From Escherichia phage vB_EcoS-EE09, in sequence record OR756193.1: a stretch of DNA of 44,198 bases, one strand, 5' to 3'. Below the pieces are notes generated by a model. The model did no database searches. It was not told where the DNA came from and saw nothing but the letters and a program-made list of their open reading frames with translations. Below are positions 1-9,200 of the stretch, piece by piece; the stretch's first letter is position 1, and every line of letters begins with the position of its first letter. A program made the position numbers and the translations under genes.

Positions 1-5
1 ATCTT

Positions 6-34
6 AAGGGTGTCCGGTTGGACGCCCTTTTTTA
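6..34 (+). terminator. rho-independent terminator-like hairpin at left edge of window
   Basis: Inverted repeat AGGGTGTCC-ggtt-GGACGCCCT (one G-U wobble) followed by a T6 run, directly upstream of RBS GGAGA and the ATG at 53. Confidence 0.5.
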
Positions 35-52
35 ATACCTGGAGACAACACG

Positions 53-295
53 ATGAAATCATTATTTTTCGACTACGACGGCGACCTTCGATTTTGGGTG
101 ATCCTCACCCTCATGTTTGCCGTTTGTATTTGCGTTCCTACCGCTGCTATTTACTACACGGAACGCTACGGATGCAAGACCGTATATGCCGAGCAAACGG
201 GACGTAATACCCAATGGCGATACGGAGTCTGCTGGGTGGAGATGGATGGCAAATTTATTCCACGCAAAGAGATTCGCACTACGGAGATTAAATAA
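53..295 (+). CDS. hypothetical small membrane protein (80 aa)
   Basis: ORF track; RBS GGAGA about 8 nt upstream; one hydrophobic segment (WVILTLMFAVCICVPTAAIYY). Confidence 0.5.
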   Translation: MKSLFFDYDGDLRFWVILTLMFAVCICVPTAAIYYTERYGCKTVYAEQTGRNTQWRYGVCWVEMDGKFIPRKEIRTTEIK

Positions 296-760
296 ATGAA
301 AATTTTACAAGAAGAAAAAGCATACTGGGCCGCGCAATGCCTCGAAGCCCGCGAACAGGCCGAACGTGCGAACGCGTTGGCGGACACCAAACAGGCGAGC
401 TATGAAGGCGAGGAGAAGATGCGCAAGGAATTAGAGGAGCGCTTCGAACTGCTATTCGAATTGATGGGGATTATGCAGCGCACCGGATACACCACCAGCG
501 TCGCACTAAACCGCATCACTGCCGACGGGCTGCGTGAGCATTGCAAACGGGCCGAGGAGTACGTGCGTCCGAAGGGTCGCCAGTCTAAGGTTGACCGTAA
601 AGATTTGGTGCTTATGGCGTGGCGCAACCCTACAAATGGCAGCTTCTACCCGGACGCGCGCCCGCTTAGTGTCGAGGAGACAAAGCGCGTGCAACGCATT
701 CTCAAGACCGGCAATAAAATCGCCCTGTATGCGATAGACACCGACCATGCAGAAGAGTGA
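296..760 (+). CDS. hypothetical protein (154 aa)
   Basis: ORF track; ATG immediately after the preceding stop (TAAATG); no motif recognised. Confidence 0.5.
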   Translation: MKILQEEKAYWAAQCLEAREQAERANALADTKQASYEGEEKMRKELEERFELLFELMGIMQRTGYTTSVALNRITADGLREHCKRAEEYVRPKGRQSKVDRKDLVLMAWRNPTNGSFYPDARPLSVEETKRVQRILKTGNKIALYAIDTDHAEE

Positions 761-1232
761 GCAGAAGGATAGCTGGCGCACGCCGCCAGCTTTATTTAAA
801 CCGCTTCGGCGGAAGTACCGATTCCGTTACGATATGGCGGCAAGCGACACCAACCACCTGCTACCGCGTTACTTCACTGCGGAGCACAGCGCGCTCGATG
901 TGGACTGGTCAGAGTTGAAAGGGTGGAAGTGGTGCAACCCACCATATTCCGATCCGCTGCCGTGGGTCGAGTGTGCAGCGCACGGACGCCGTACCGTCAT
1001 GCTACTGAATCAGGACACGTCGACGAAGTGGGCGAAGCTGGCCCGGAAGACTGCAAACCTGATAATTCTTCTGGACTGGCGGATCCGATTCATACATGCT
1101 GTAACCGGTGAAGTCGGGCAGAGCAATAACAAGTGCCAGCAATTGATAATCTTTGACGAAGCGCCGCCCATCGGCAGCGCACAAATTGAAATAATGAGCG
1201 AAGGAGAACTACGTGAATATCTTAATCGTTGA
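747..1232 (+). CDS. dam: DNA N6-adenine methyltransferase, phage Dam type
   Basis: N-terminal W-R-T-P-P motif and catalytic N-P-P-Y tetrapeptide (WCNPPYSD), arrangement typical of the small phage Dam family; no cognate restriction enzyme nearby. Confidence 0.75.
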   Translation: MQKSEQKDSWRTPPALFKPLRRKYRFRYDMAASDTNHLLPRYFTAEHSALDVDWSELKGWKWCNPPYSDPLPWVECAAHGRRTVMLLNQDTSTKWAKLARKTANLIILLDWRIRFIHAVTGEVGQSNNKCQQLIIFDEAPPIGSAQIEIMSEGELREYLNR

Positions 1233-1437
1233 CCGCGACCACGCGGTCGTAGACCGAATGCAAAAAGACTATAACATCGACCCACGCCGCGATCGTGTGG
1301 TGCGCGCGTCTCGCCCCGAATACATCCTGGGCCTTGACCTCACCGGTTGGCTTGTCATGACCCGACGTTGTCATTTCGTGTGCAACTCTTACACCGCGCG
1401 TAGCGCCCGAGCCACCCTTATTGAGAGCCTAAAATGA
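1213..1437 (+). CDS. hypothetical protein (74 aa, GTG start)
   Basis: ORF track; strong RBS AAGGAGA 5 nt upstream of GTG; overlaps the 3' end of dam in another frame. Confidence 0.4.
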   Translation: MNILIVDRDHAVVDRMQKDYNIDPRRDRVVRASRPEYILGLDLTGWLVMTRRCHFVCNSYTARSARATLIESLK

Positions 1438-1904
1438 AATTACTGATTTGCGATTTGGATGGAGTTATTAACGGTTCAAGCGATGCGCGCGCCGACCTGG
1501 TGCCTGGTATAAAAACTAAATCCACCTTTTGGGCGAAGTGGCACAAGGCGCACGTACGCGAAGACCTGAATATGGATATGCTGCCGCTGCTGACCATGTA
1601 CAAAGAGCAAGGCTTCGAGATCGCGTATCTGACCAACCGGCAGCGAGAATGCTGGGACACCACAGCCGAGCAACTGGAAGTATTCCCGAACGGCCGGTTG
1701 TTTATGCGCCACATGCTGGACGACACCCCGCCGCCAGAGTTTAAAGCGTACGCTGTGTTCAAAATGGTCTGCTATGCGGACGTATCGGAACTGGTCATCA
1801 TTGAAGACTGTCCGAAGAACATCGCGGCAATTCGTCGGGCGTGCAGCGATTTAGTCCCTAAAATTTATGCGATAAACGTGGCAAAATTCACTTGCAACCA
1901 ATAG
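1434..1904 (+). CDS. HAD-superfamily phosphatase (nucleotidase or polynucleotide 3'-phosphatase-like)
   Basis: N-terminal HAD motif I LICDLDGV (DxDxV); start overlaps the upstream stop (ATGA). Confidence 0.6.
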   Translation: MKLLICDLDGVINGSSDARADLVPGIKTKSTFWAKWHKAHVREDLNMDMLPLLTMYKEQGFEIAYLTNRQRECWDTTAEQLEVFPNGRLFMRHMLDDTPPPEFKAYAVFKMVCYADVSELVIIEDCPKNIAAIRRACSDLVPKIYAINVAKFTCNQ

Positions 1905-1921
1905 GTTGGTTGCACTATAGT
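1892..1921 (+). promoter_or_regulatory. candidate sigma70-type promoter carrying an inverted pair of the TTGGTTGCA motif
   Basis: -35-like TTGCAA, 18-nt spacer, -10-like TATAGT; the spacer is the inverted repeat TGCAACCAA-tagg-TTGGTTGCA; lies upstream of the CDS at 1966. Confidence 0.4.
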
Positions 1922-1965
1922 AAACGTGTCGGGGCAATACGGCCCCTCACTAAAAGGGTAATACT

Positions 1966-2487
1966 GTGAAAGCATACGAATACTGCAAAAACGCCGCCAC
2001 CACTATGGAACAGCGCGGGAAAGAAAACGGCTATGACAACGCGAAAGAAGAACGCAGCGCTAAACAGATCGCCGCCGTGTTTAACGCGCTTACCGGTCGC
2101 GACCTGACCGAGCAAGAAGCCTGGACTTTCTTGATTTGCCTGAAGCTGGTACGCCAGCACCGCAAGCACCAGGAATATAATATCGTCGACCTGGTAGCGT
2201 ATTCCGCCCTGCTGGGCGAGTCGTACATGACCGTGCATGATGAGATTCAGATCGACACAACGGCAGCACAATTCGACAGCCTAAAAGGTTGGCCCATCGC
2301 CTCCGCCGGGACGTGGCATCCTTCTTCATCTGAGGGCAAGACGGTTAAAGCCGCTAATTTTGGCATCGCAGATCAGGACGTACAGCCTATGGTCGTACTC
2401 ACCGGCGAAGACGGATCTAAAATCCTCATGACGCCGGAAGACTTCCGTAACATGGAAAAAACACTGGTGGCTGGCGCACTTAAATAA
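1966..2487 (+). CDS. hypothetical protein (173 aa, GTG start; alternative ATG near 2005)
   Basis: ORF track; RBS-like AAAAGGG upstream of GTG; no motif recognised. Confidence 0.45.
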   Translation: MKAYEYCKNAATTMEQRGKENGYDNAKEERSAKQIAAVFNALTGRDLTEQEAWTFLICLKLVRQHRKHQEYNIVDLVAYSALLGESYMTVHDEIQIDTTAAQFDSLKGWPIASAGTWHPSSSEGKTVKAANFGIADQDVQPMVVLTGEDGSKILMTPEDFRNMEKTLVAGALK

Positions 2488-2529
2488 TTCTAATCGCGGG
2501 CCGAAGCCCGCATCAATGAGGGCAACACA

Positions 2530-3105
2530 ATGTACGGCGAATACGAAATAACCGGCAAACAATTCCACCTGGCGGCAATGATAGCAAGCATCGAGTTTGA
2601 CCAGTGGCGATACAAGTCTGACGCGTGCAAGCAAAGCCGTCTTGTCGGTGTGCTTGGCGAGATGTTTGCGGGCATGTACCTCGAAGGGCAGGCGGGCGGG
2701 CGTAGCTGTATTCCGCAAGGTTTGTTAATGCGTACCGGCCTGTTTAGCGCTAACACTATCGACCGCGGCGATATTATCATGGTCGGCAAACGCAAGGTAA
2801 AGTCTGGTCCAGACTTCCGCGAACATATGATTGATGCCGTCTGGACCTACGAGGTTAAGGCTACCAGCGGCATCCGTCGCGGACTGGTTGAGGCACGTTG
2901 CGCTCGCGAGTATCTCACTCGTCGAGTTGCCGGTGTTATTCTGGTGGGGGTGTCGTTCGGGCAGCATAGCGCCAGCGGCGTGATTGAGGATATTGCAGAG
3001 CCATACGTGATAGTGAACGACGGGCCTTTAGTGGAAGTGGAAGGAACGGAATACTACGAAAGCCCCCTGGTGCGGCGCAAAATGGACTGGGAAAACTCAA
3101 ACTAA
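2530..3105 (+). CDS. hypothetical protein (191 aa), possible PD-(D/E)xK-like fold
   Basis: ORF track; RBS GAGGG; D...E-V-K arrangement (GDIIMVG ... TYEVKAT) weakly suggestive of a nuclease fold. Confidence 0.5.
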   Translation: MYGEYEITGKQFHLAAMIASIEFDQWRYKSDACKQSRLVGVLGEMFAGMYLEGQAGGRSCIPQGLLMRTGLFSANTIDRGDIIMVGKRKVKSGPDFREHMIDAVWTYEVKATSGIRRGLVEARCAREYLTRRVAGVILVGVSFGQHSASGVIEDIAEPYVIVNDGPLVEVEGTEYYESPLVRRKMDWENSN

Positions 3106-3131
3106 AAAAGGGGCCGCATGGCCCCTTCTAA
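3104..3131. terminator. bidirectional rho-independent terminator between convergent genes
   Basis: Perfect hairpin GGGGCC-gcat-GGCCCC flanked by an A5 run on one side and a T-rich run on the other; sits between the stop at 3105 (+) and the stop at 3132 (-). Confidence 0.75.
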
Positions 3132-4952
3132 TTATTTCTTCAACGCCGCGATCTCGGCTTTCAAATCCTCCACTTCCGCCGACAGGCGTTTACACTCAGC
3201 GATCGCATATTGTGCGCACCCCATCAAGTCCATCACGATAGGGTTAACGTCTACCGACGGACGGTCGCGCGTCTTACCCCCGACGATGGCGTTAGTCTCG
3301 GGGTCCACCTCCACATCGTACGTCTCCTCTCGGTGTTTGATGTATTGAGGCGCAATCTCTTCTGCTTCCTCGGCAATGATGCCGAAGCGGACGCGCTCCT
3401 GCACATCGTCCTTATACACGTAGCGCACCATGCGCATTTGTTCAATGCGTGCAACCGCTTCGGTAACGTCCGCGTCGGTAATATCTTTCTTAAAGTCCCT
3501 TCCTGATGTACCCTGGAGGGCAATAACACCACCAGATGAGGGCCAGTTGACTGTGAAGCCAGTGCCGTCTCCCTTCTCAAAATATTTATAGATCAGGTTA
3601 CTATTGATATTAACCGTATCCCACATCGTGCGGAAGTTACCAGCCGGGACGGTAGCTTTTCCGTTGTTTAGAACGAAAGACAACGCTGAAGCTGTCTCTG
3701 TTGGGCGGACCGTGATATCTCGATGACTCATCATGCCGCTTATCCCCGATCCAGAGATCTCCATAACGGTATCGCGGTACGCGCCCGACGCGTCATATGA
3801 GTGCAACTTAAAATTGCCCGCGGCGTCGTTAATCCCCATGCGCCAGCGTACTTTATCGGCGGAATCAGCCCAACATACGCCACCAAAGCCCGACCCGTTC
3901 TGCTTAAGGATTAATCCATCTTGGGAGTCGCCGTTAGATTTGAATTGGCGGAACTCGGCGACGTTATCGCCGCGCCCCGTACCACCGAATGCAATCGGCA
4001 GCGGCATGGCTTTATTGTTGGCATTATCCCACCCGCCCCAGTCGCCATTTTCCTTAACGAAGATCCATTTATTCTTCGCCGCAGTCCTGATTTGTGTTTC
4101 GCCGCTGGTTATGTTTTGCGTTAGGCGGTCTACACCAATGTTTTCGCGCGCCACAGCCACATCCGCAACATCACTTAAGTTGTTGGCCTTCGCAAGTAGG
4201 TTTTCCGGGTTAACACTATTAGCGAATTGTTCGGCCTCATTGCGAAATCCTTGCGCGGCAGTGCGGGCAGCTTGCGCGTCCTCCTTCGCGGTATTGGCTT
4301 CATCACGAATAACGCCAGTGTCAGTCTTGATCTGATTCGTTTGGTCCTTGATCGCCTGCGTATCTGCCTTAAGTTGAGTGGTCTGGTCCTTGATCGCCTG
4401 CGTATCTGCCTTAAGTTGGCTGGTCTGCGTCTTGATGGTGTTGGCGTCGTTCTTGAAGCCTTCCGCCTCGTTACGGAATCCTTGCGCGGCTGCTTCCGAT
4501 GCGGCGGCTTGTTGTTGCAGGTTGCGCATCTCAACGGGGTCTACTTCCTTCAGCAAAGACGACAGGTAGCCCCACGACATACCCTGCATAACTTGCCCGT
4601 TCGGGAGCGTGACTGTGATTTCTTCAGCATCGCCGAAGATTGCACGCCAGTTGTTTTCATCTGCAATCATCAAGCGCAATGCTTTTTGGGCCTGTACGGT
4701 AACGCCCATCGTTGCCAGCGACATGGTATCGCGCTTAACGCCATCCCACGCAAGGCCGGTTGCCGTCGGGCCGTCGAACGGCAGCACCAGCGTAAGCGCC
4801 GTGTTACTTTCGATTGATGCGATCGCCACGGTGTAAGGCACTTGTCCTACCACCAGCGTTAAGAAGTCGCCAGCTTTAAACGCGGTAAACGTTGTGCCGA
4901 CCCCTACTACCGCCTTGCTGTTGTTCGTTACGGATAGAGTACCCGCTGCCAT
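3132..4952 (-). CDS. tail fibre protein with C-terminal intramolecular chaperone (peptidase S74-like) domain
   Basis: ORF track (track start at 4979 is a TTG inside the ATTGGTTGCA motif; ATG at 4952 with RBS GAGGA preferred); C-terminus has S-G-R-D-F-K-K-D-I followed by VRYVYKDD...RFGIIAEEAEEIAPQYI and a terminal coiled coil, the pattern of auto-cleaving chaperone domains of phage fibres. Confidence 0.75.
   Translation of the reverse strand: MAAGTLSVTNNSKAVVGVGTTFTAFKAGDFLTLVVGQVPYTVAIASIESNTALTLVLPFDGPTATGLAWDGVKRDTMSLATMGVTVQAQKALRLMIADENNWRAIFGDAEEITVTLPNGQVMQGMSWGYLSSLLKEVDPVEMRNLQQQAAASEAAAQGFRNEAEGFKNDANTIKTQTSQLKADTQAIKDQTTQLKADTQAIKDQTNQIKTDTGVIRDEANTAKEDAQAARTAAQGFRNEAEQFANSVNPENLLAKANNLSDVADVAVARENIGVDRLTQNITSGETQIRTAAKNKWIFVKENGDWGGWDNANNKAMPLPIAFGGTGRGDNVAEFRQFKSNGDSQDGLILKQNGSGFGGVCWADSADKVRWRMGINDAAGNFKLHSYDASGAYRDTVMEISGSGISGMMSHRDITVRPTETASALSFVLNNGKATVPAGNFRTMWDTVNINSNLIYKYFEKGDGTGFTVNWPSSGGVIALQGTSGRDFKKDITDADVTEAVARIEQMRMVRYVYKDDVQERVRFGIIAEEAEEIAPQYIKHREETYDVEVDPETNAIVGGKTRDRPSVDVNPIVMDLMGCAQYAIAECKRLSAEVEDLKAEIAALKK
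4341..4424 (-). repeat. two near-identical 42-bp tandem repeats inside the tail fibre gene
   Basis: TGGTCCTTGATCGCCTGCGTATCTGCCTTAAGTTG(A/G)(G/C)TGGTC twice with degenerate flanking copies; encodes 14-aa repeats (TQLKADTQAIKDQT-like). Confidence 0.8.
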
Positions 4953-4968
4953 AGCTAAATCCTCGTAA

Positions 4969-4978
4969 ATTGGTTGCA
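4969..4978. promoter_or_regulatory. ATTGGTTGCA motif in the divergent region between tail fibre and lipoprotein genes
   Basis: Exact 10-mer shared with 20819, 20832, 44170, 44187 and, in reverse, 1893, 31484, 31515, 34812. Confidence 0.5.
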
Positions 4979-5032
4979 ATCCTGGTTGAGCGGTGTAATA
5001 CTAAGACTCAACCAAATATAGGAGATGATAAC

Positions 5033-5251
5033 ATGAAAACTTTAATTATGATTTGTGCGGTTCTTCTGTCTGGTTGTGCCGGTATGCCGTCTAAAATCTG
5101 CGACGCGACGTACCAGAATAGCGGCATGGATTACTCAGTCCCCGTGTTTGGGGTTGCAGACTTCTCCGGGCATAAAATGCTAAGGGCTGGCTATCCGTTT
5201 AGCTTCCAGTACGTGTCGGTCAACCACTTCAAAAGCACCACCTGCAGATAA
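5033..5251 (+). CDS. small secreted lipoprotein (72 aa); candidate Cor/Llp-like superinfection exclusion protein
   Basis: RBS AGGAG 8 nt upstream of ATG; signal peptide with lipobox (MKTLIMICAVLLSGC); opposite orientation to the surrounding tail genes, terminator hairpins on both sides. Confidence 0.65.
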   Translation: MKTLIMICAVLLSGCAGMPSKICDATYQNSGMDYSVPVFGVADFSGHKMLRAGYPFSFQYVSVNHFKSTTCR

Positions 5252-5268
5252 GCCCCTTTCGGGGCTTT
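5251..5268. terminator. terminator hairpin between lipoprotein gene and the convergent minus-strand gene
   Basis: AGCCCC-tttc-GGGGCT hairpin followed by a T-rich run. Confidence 0.6.
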
Positions 5269-5270
5269 CT

Positions 5271-5945
5271 TCAATCATAATTGGCAGTGTTAATCGCCAT
5301 AATCGCGTTGCCGTTGTTAGTATACCCCACCACATCCCCCGTGGCGTTCCCCGACGACGCTGCCGATATACGCGTTCGCGACCCATCAAATCTGGCCCCC
5401 GTGTACGCCGTTACCGATATTACCTGCGGCTGGCCCTGCACAAAAAACCGGATCAGCGTAGACCCCAATATGCCCGGAGCGACGGCGTAGCTGCCGTTTA
5501 GCGTCTGGTCAATGTTAATCCCCCCGTTAGCGCCTGGCGATCCGACGGTAACTAAATCGCTTAGTACCCGGCTCTCGTTCGTCAGCACTAGCCTCCCCGT
5601 CTTATCCCAAATAGCGAAGCCCCACCGCGGAAGGGTCTGTGGGAATATGGCAAAGATGTAAGCCGTCATCGTGAAGCCTTGCCCGAATGGATTGCTGGCG
5701 CTCACCTTCACCACATTACCAACGCGAGAAGACCCTACGACGGTCGGCTGGGCGGTGTGCGTAGTTTTCACAAACGCTATTGCGGGGTAGTCGCCACCCA
5801 AATTAATATCGGCAGCCGCCGACTGCGCAGTGCCGTTAGCCGAAGACCCAACAACCACACGGCGGAATAGACAAAACGGCGTCGATTCTGGCGTGATAAA
5901 CGGGTTGCCGTTTGGTAAGTCAATCAACGCGCCGTAATTAGCCAT
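5271..5945 (-). CDS. hypothetical tail-associated protein (224 aa), possible receptor-binding component
   Basis: ORF track; start overlaps the upstream stop (TAATG); sits directly downstream of the J-like gene. Confidence 0.55.
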   Translation of the reverse strand: MANYGALIDLPNGNPFITPESTPFCLFRRVVVGSSANGTAQSAAADINLGGDYPAIAFVKTTHTAQPTVVGSSRVGNVVKVSASNPFGQGFTMTAYIFAIFPQTLPRWGFAIWDKTGRLVLTNESRVLSDLVTVGSPGANGGINIDQTLNGSYAVAPGILGSTLIRFFVQGQPQVISVTAYTGARFDGSRTRISAASSGNATGDVVGYTNNGNAIMAINTANYD

Positions 5946-6247
5946 TATGCTCGCTCCACAAAAACAATAACGTCACATTCAGATGCGGAGTAAACCCCGC
6001 CACCTACCGCACTTGCCGCGGAAACCGTGATAGTGTTCCCGCTGGCGGTTATTCTGCGGCCTGGCCCGACCGCGCCTTTATCCAGTGCGACCACGTATCC
6101 GACCTTCATCCCCGCCGGTACCGGGAATGACCATGCGCCTGATTTTTGTCCTTCCGCAAGATGAATCCTTCCGACAACCGATACCGGTTTAATCCCGTAG
6201 TTGTTCGGTCGCCCTTGTGCGTCCCATGTTGCTATTCCGAAAGCCAT
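5945..6247 (-). CDS. hypothetical tail-associated protein (100 aa)
   Basis: ORF track; RBS GGAG 8 nt upstream of ATG. Confidence 0.55.
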   Translation of the reverse strand: MAFGIATWDAQGRPNNYGIKPVSVVGRIHLAEGQKSGAWSFPVPAGMKVGYVVALDKGAVGPGRRITASGNTITVSAASAVGGGVYSASECDVIVFVERA

Positions 6248-6264
6248 GCTTTAACTCCAAAAGA

Positions 6265-6280
6265 AGGGGCCGAAGCCCCT
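6265..6280 (-). terminator. terminator/attenuator hairpin after the J-like gene
   Basis: AGGGGC-cgaa-GCCCCT hairpin with a T-rich run downstream on the minus strand. Confidence 0.5.
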
Positions 6281-6283
6281 ATA

Positions 6284-9200
6284 TTACCAACTGCCGGTGA
6301 GTTCTCCAATCTGCACGCGGAGAACGCCGTTTCCGTCCTTAACGCTGATTCGCGTGTTAGTCTGTTTCATCCCGCCGCCACTACCAGTGCCCAGGTTGAT
6401 AAACGTTCCGTCTTTCCCTAAGCGCCAGCCGCGCGTGCTGCCGTCGTAGTTATTCGATTGCAGCGTGTCTGTTATCTGCGCGAAGTTGATGGACGCGTTC
6501 TTGATGCGTGCCGTGTCGATATACACCGCGCCACCGTCCACAATAAACGCAGACGACAGCGTCCCATTGGACGGGTGCATGATGTAGAACTGGTCCGCCT
6601 TGAACGCAATACGTGATTTAACCGCGTTGCCAGACGTCACAACGGAAAGCTGCATACCAGCATCATAGTAAGTCCCGTTATACGTCACGCCCGCCTTAAG
6701 GCTATACGTGGCACTACCACCAGCGTGGTTAAACGAGGACGTCATCTTCTGCTCGATAGCGGCGGACTGCTGGCCGAACTGTGTCGCGACCTGGGTCTTA
6801 TATTCCGCCAGCGCTCCCGCCACGTCTGCGGTTGCCGTTTGTACCTGCTGGATGGCGGCTTCCTGTTCCCCGAACTTAGCGGCAACAGTTTGCTGATACT
6901 GGGCGAACGCTTGTTCCTGTGTGCTCTGCGCGGTCTGCAACGTGTGGATCGCAGCTTCCGCGTCATCAAGTCGCGTGCCGATCAACGTCTCCAGTTGAGC
7001 GACCGCCTTGTGGGCGTCCGCCGCCACGTTATACGCGACCGAGATTTCCGCATAAATACCCTTGTACTCGGCGCGGGCGTTGAACAATTGCTGCGCGTCG
7101 GTGAGCATCGCTTCATATATGCCTTGCGGGATCGTGTTAATAGCTTCCTGGAAGCGTTTACCATCCTCGGAAGTCAAGAACTCGTCATCAAGCCCCTTCA
7201 TGTACTCGTCAACTTTGTCACTCACCTGCCCTTCAAACGGGGCCGACCAGTCCGACCGGTTGCCGATTTTATCCACCACACGGGCGCGCAACTGCTGGTA
7301 AATCCCGAACTCCAGCGACGTTTGCGCATACTCTGCCCCAGGGTATGGGACGTTGGACAGGAATTTCCATTCCGTTTCGCCCGTCTTGCGCACTTCAAGC
7401 TCTGTGTAAGAGATATCCGTCGCGGCGTTGTTGTGGTTCCACTTCCATAGGATCTGGTGCAAACCTGAAATCGCGTTGGTGATGATTGGCGCATTAAGCC
7501 CACCGAGACGACCTTCCACCGGCGTGATCGCGGATGATACCCACGGAGATGAAATCTCGCCCATACCGATCGCACGGACGCGTGCCTGGTAGTTACCGGA
7601 GAACACGTTAGGAATGTGCGCGCCATTCGACGCCGTTCGTGGGATATTCACCCAGTCGTTACCCCACTGGATTTCCATATTCTGTAAGCTGGTGCGCCGC
7701 CACTGTATTTCATACACCACGGCGTCCTTCACCGGCGGGAAAACAATATCCACGTTGGTGATTAGCTGGCCTTGCGATGAAATCTGCGACGGGGTTATGG
7801 TCACGGATTCCGGCCCCTTCATCACACCGTCCGGCACTTGCGTAAAGATGCCTGGGTCAAGGCGCGCGCCATTATCAACGGCATCATATTTGCTATCGTT
7901 GTATTCAATCCCGCGCACCGAAAAAGTGCTGGTAGAGTCGTCATATTCCAGGTCGGTGATGCGGAACTTCTGCAACTGGATATCGTTGCCATCAACGCAA
8001 AACGGCTGGTCGGGAATCGGGTCGGCATCCAGTGCAGTTTTTAGCGTAACCTTGTTGCCGTTGACGCTGGCGATCTCGCGAGTCTCCACATTACCGCTAT
8101 CGGTGCGCACCAGGAACTTATCGCCAGGGCGGAACGTGATTTCGCTGTCCGTGTTCAGCACGGTACGCGTTCCGGGGTCCGACATCAGTCGACCGCCACG
8201 AGTCTCGAATCCGCCAGAAATATTAGTATCTGCGATCGCGACTACGCTACCAGGAATAAAGAATAACCCTTCCATGCCAACTTTAAAGCTAACTTGCTGG
8301 TCAAGCTGGTTGGAGATTAGCGCCCAGTGCCCGCGGCGTTGCGCTTCAGATTCACGCGTACAGCCGATCGCCGTGATATCAAGACGGTTAATCTTATGGC
8401 GGCGTACCAGTTCGACACGTTGCCCCGTTGCGATGGCATCTTCATAGTGGTTCTTCGGGTTGCCGTATGCGACCGCGAAAGTTGAATACCGAGTTTTCTG
8501 GCTGCCCGATGCGTAGTCGAATCGACCATCAATTACCGAGGCGTTGGTGATAGTGTGCGACACTGCTGCGACCGGTTGGTCACTGACGATATTCAACATC
8601 TGGTTGCCCCACCAGGTCATTCCGGCGAAGATGGCAGCCAAATCCTTAAGCACGGTCCAGGCATCCGTCTGTGACTGAATGTACATATCATTCTTAAAGC
8701 GGATTTCTCGACCACCGTTGCCGTCGCTGACCAACTGATCGCAGCGCTGCGCAATCTGGTAGAGCGCGTACCGGTTTAACATTTGCGGTTTGATACGCCG
8801 ACCGAGGCCGAAGCGCTCAGTAATACAAATATCGTACCAGTGCCACGCAGGGTTATCCGTCCATGCGCGTTTAAACGTGCCGTCCCAGTCCCCGGAATAG
8901 GTATGGTTAATCGGGTCGTAGTTGTTCGGTATTAGAACTTTGCGGCCTTTGCACTTGATGGACACGCGCGGGATGTTCTGGAACGCTTTGGCGTCGAACT
9001 CCACAAACAACAGCGCGGTTAGCGGGTAACGCAGACGGGCGTCAATAATCTCAGTGATGGACTGCACCCGGATATCATTAACCACTTTCGCCGATGTGGA
9101 GTCCGCCGTTATGCGGTGCACCTCCACTCGCCAGCCGGTATTCACGTTCGGCGGTAATTCGATGCGGTGGTCGCGCTCATACAGCGACATTGTTTTACCA

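Noticed and set aside
4953-4979. ORF-track start codons at 4979, 20837 and 22114
   Set aside because: Each is a TTG lying inside or beside the ATTGGTTGCA motif or lacking an RBS; downstream ATG or GTG codons with good Shine-Dalgarno spacing were preferred (4952, uncertain for 20837, 22084).
6725-8447. Long plus-strand ORFs (6725-7450, 7614-8447, and others) lying antisense inside the J-like gene
   Set aside because: They sit entirely within a well-supported 1139-aa gene on the other strand, have low-complexity Arg/Ser/Leu-rich composition and no RBS; typical shadow ORFs.
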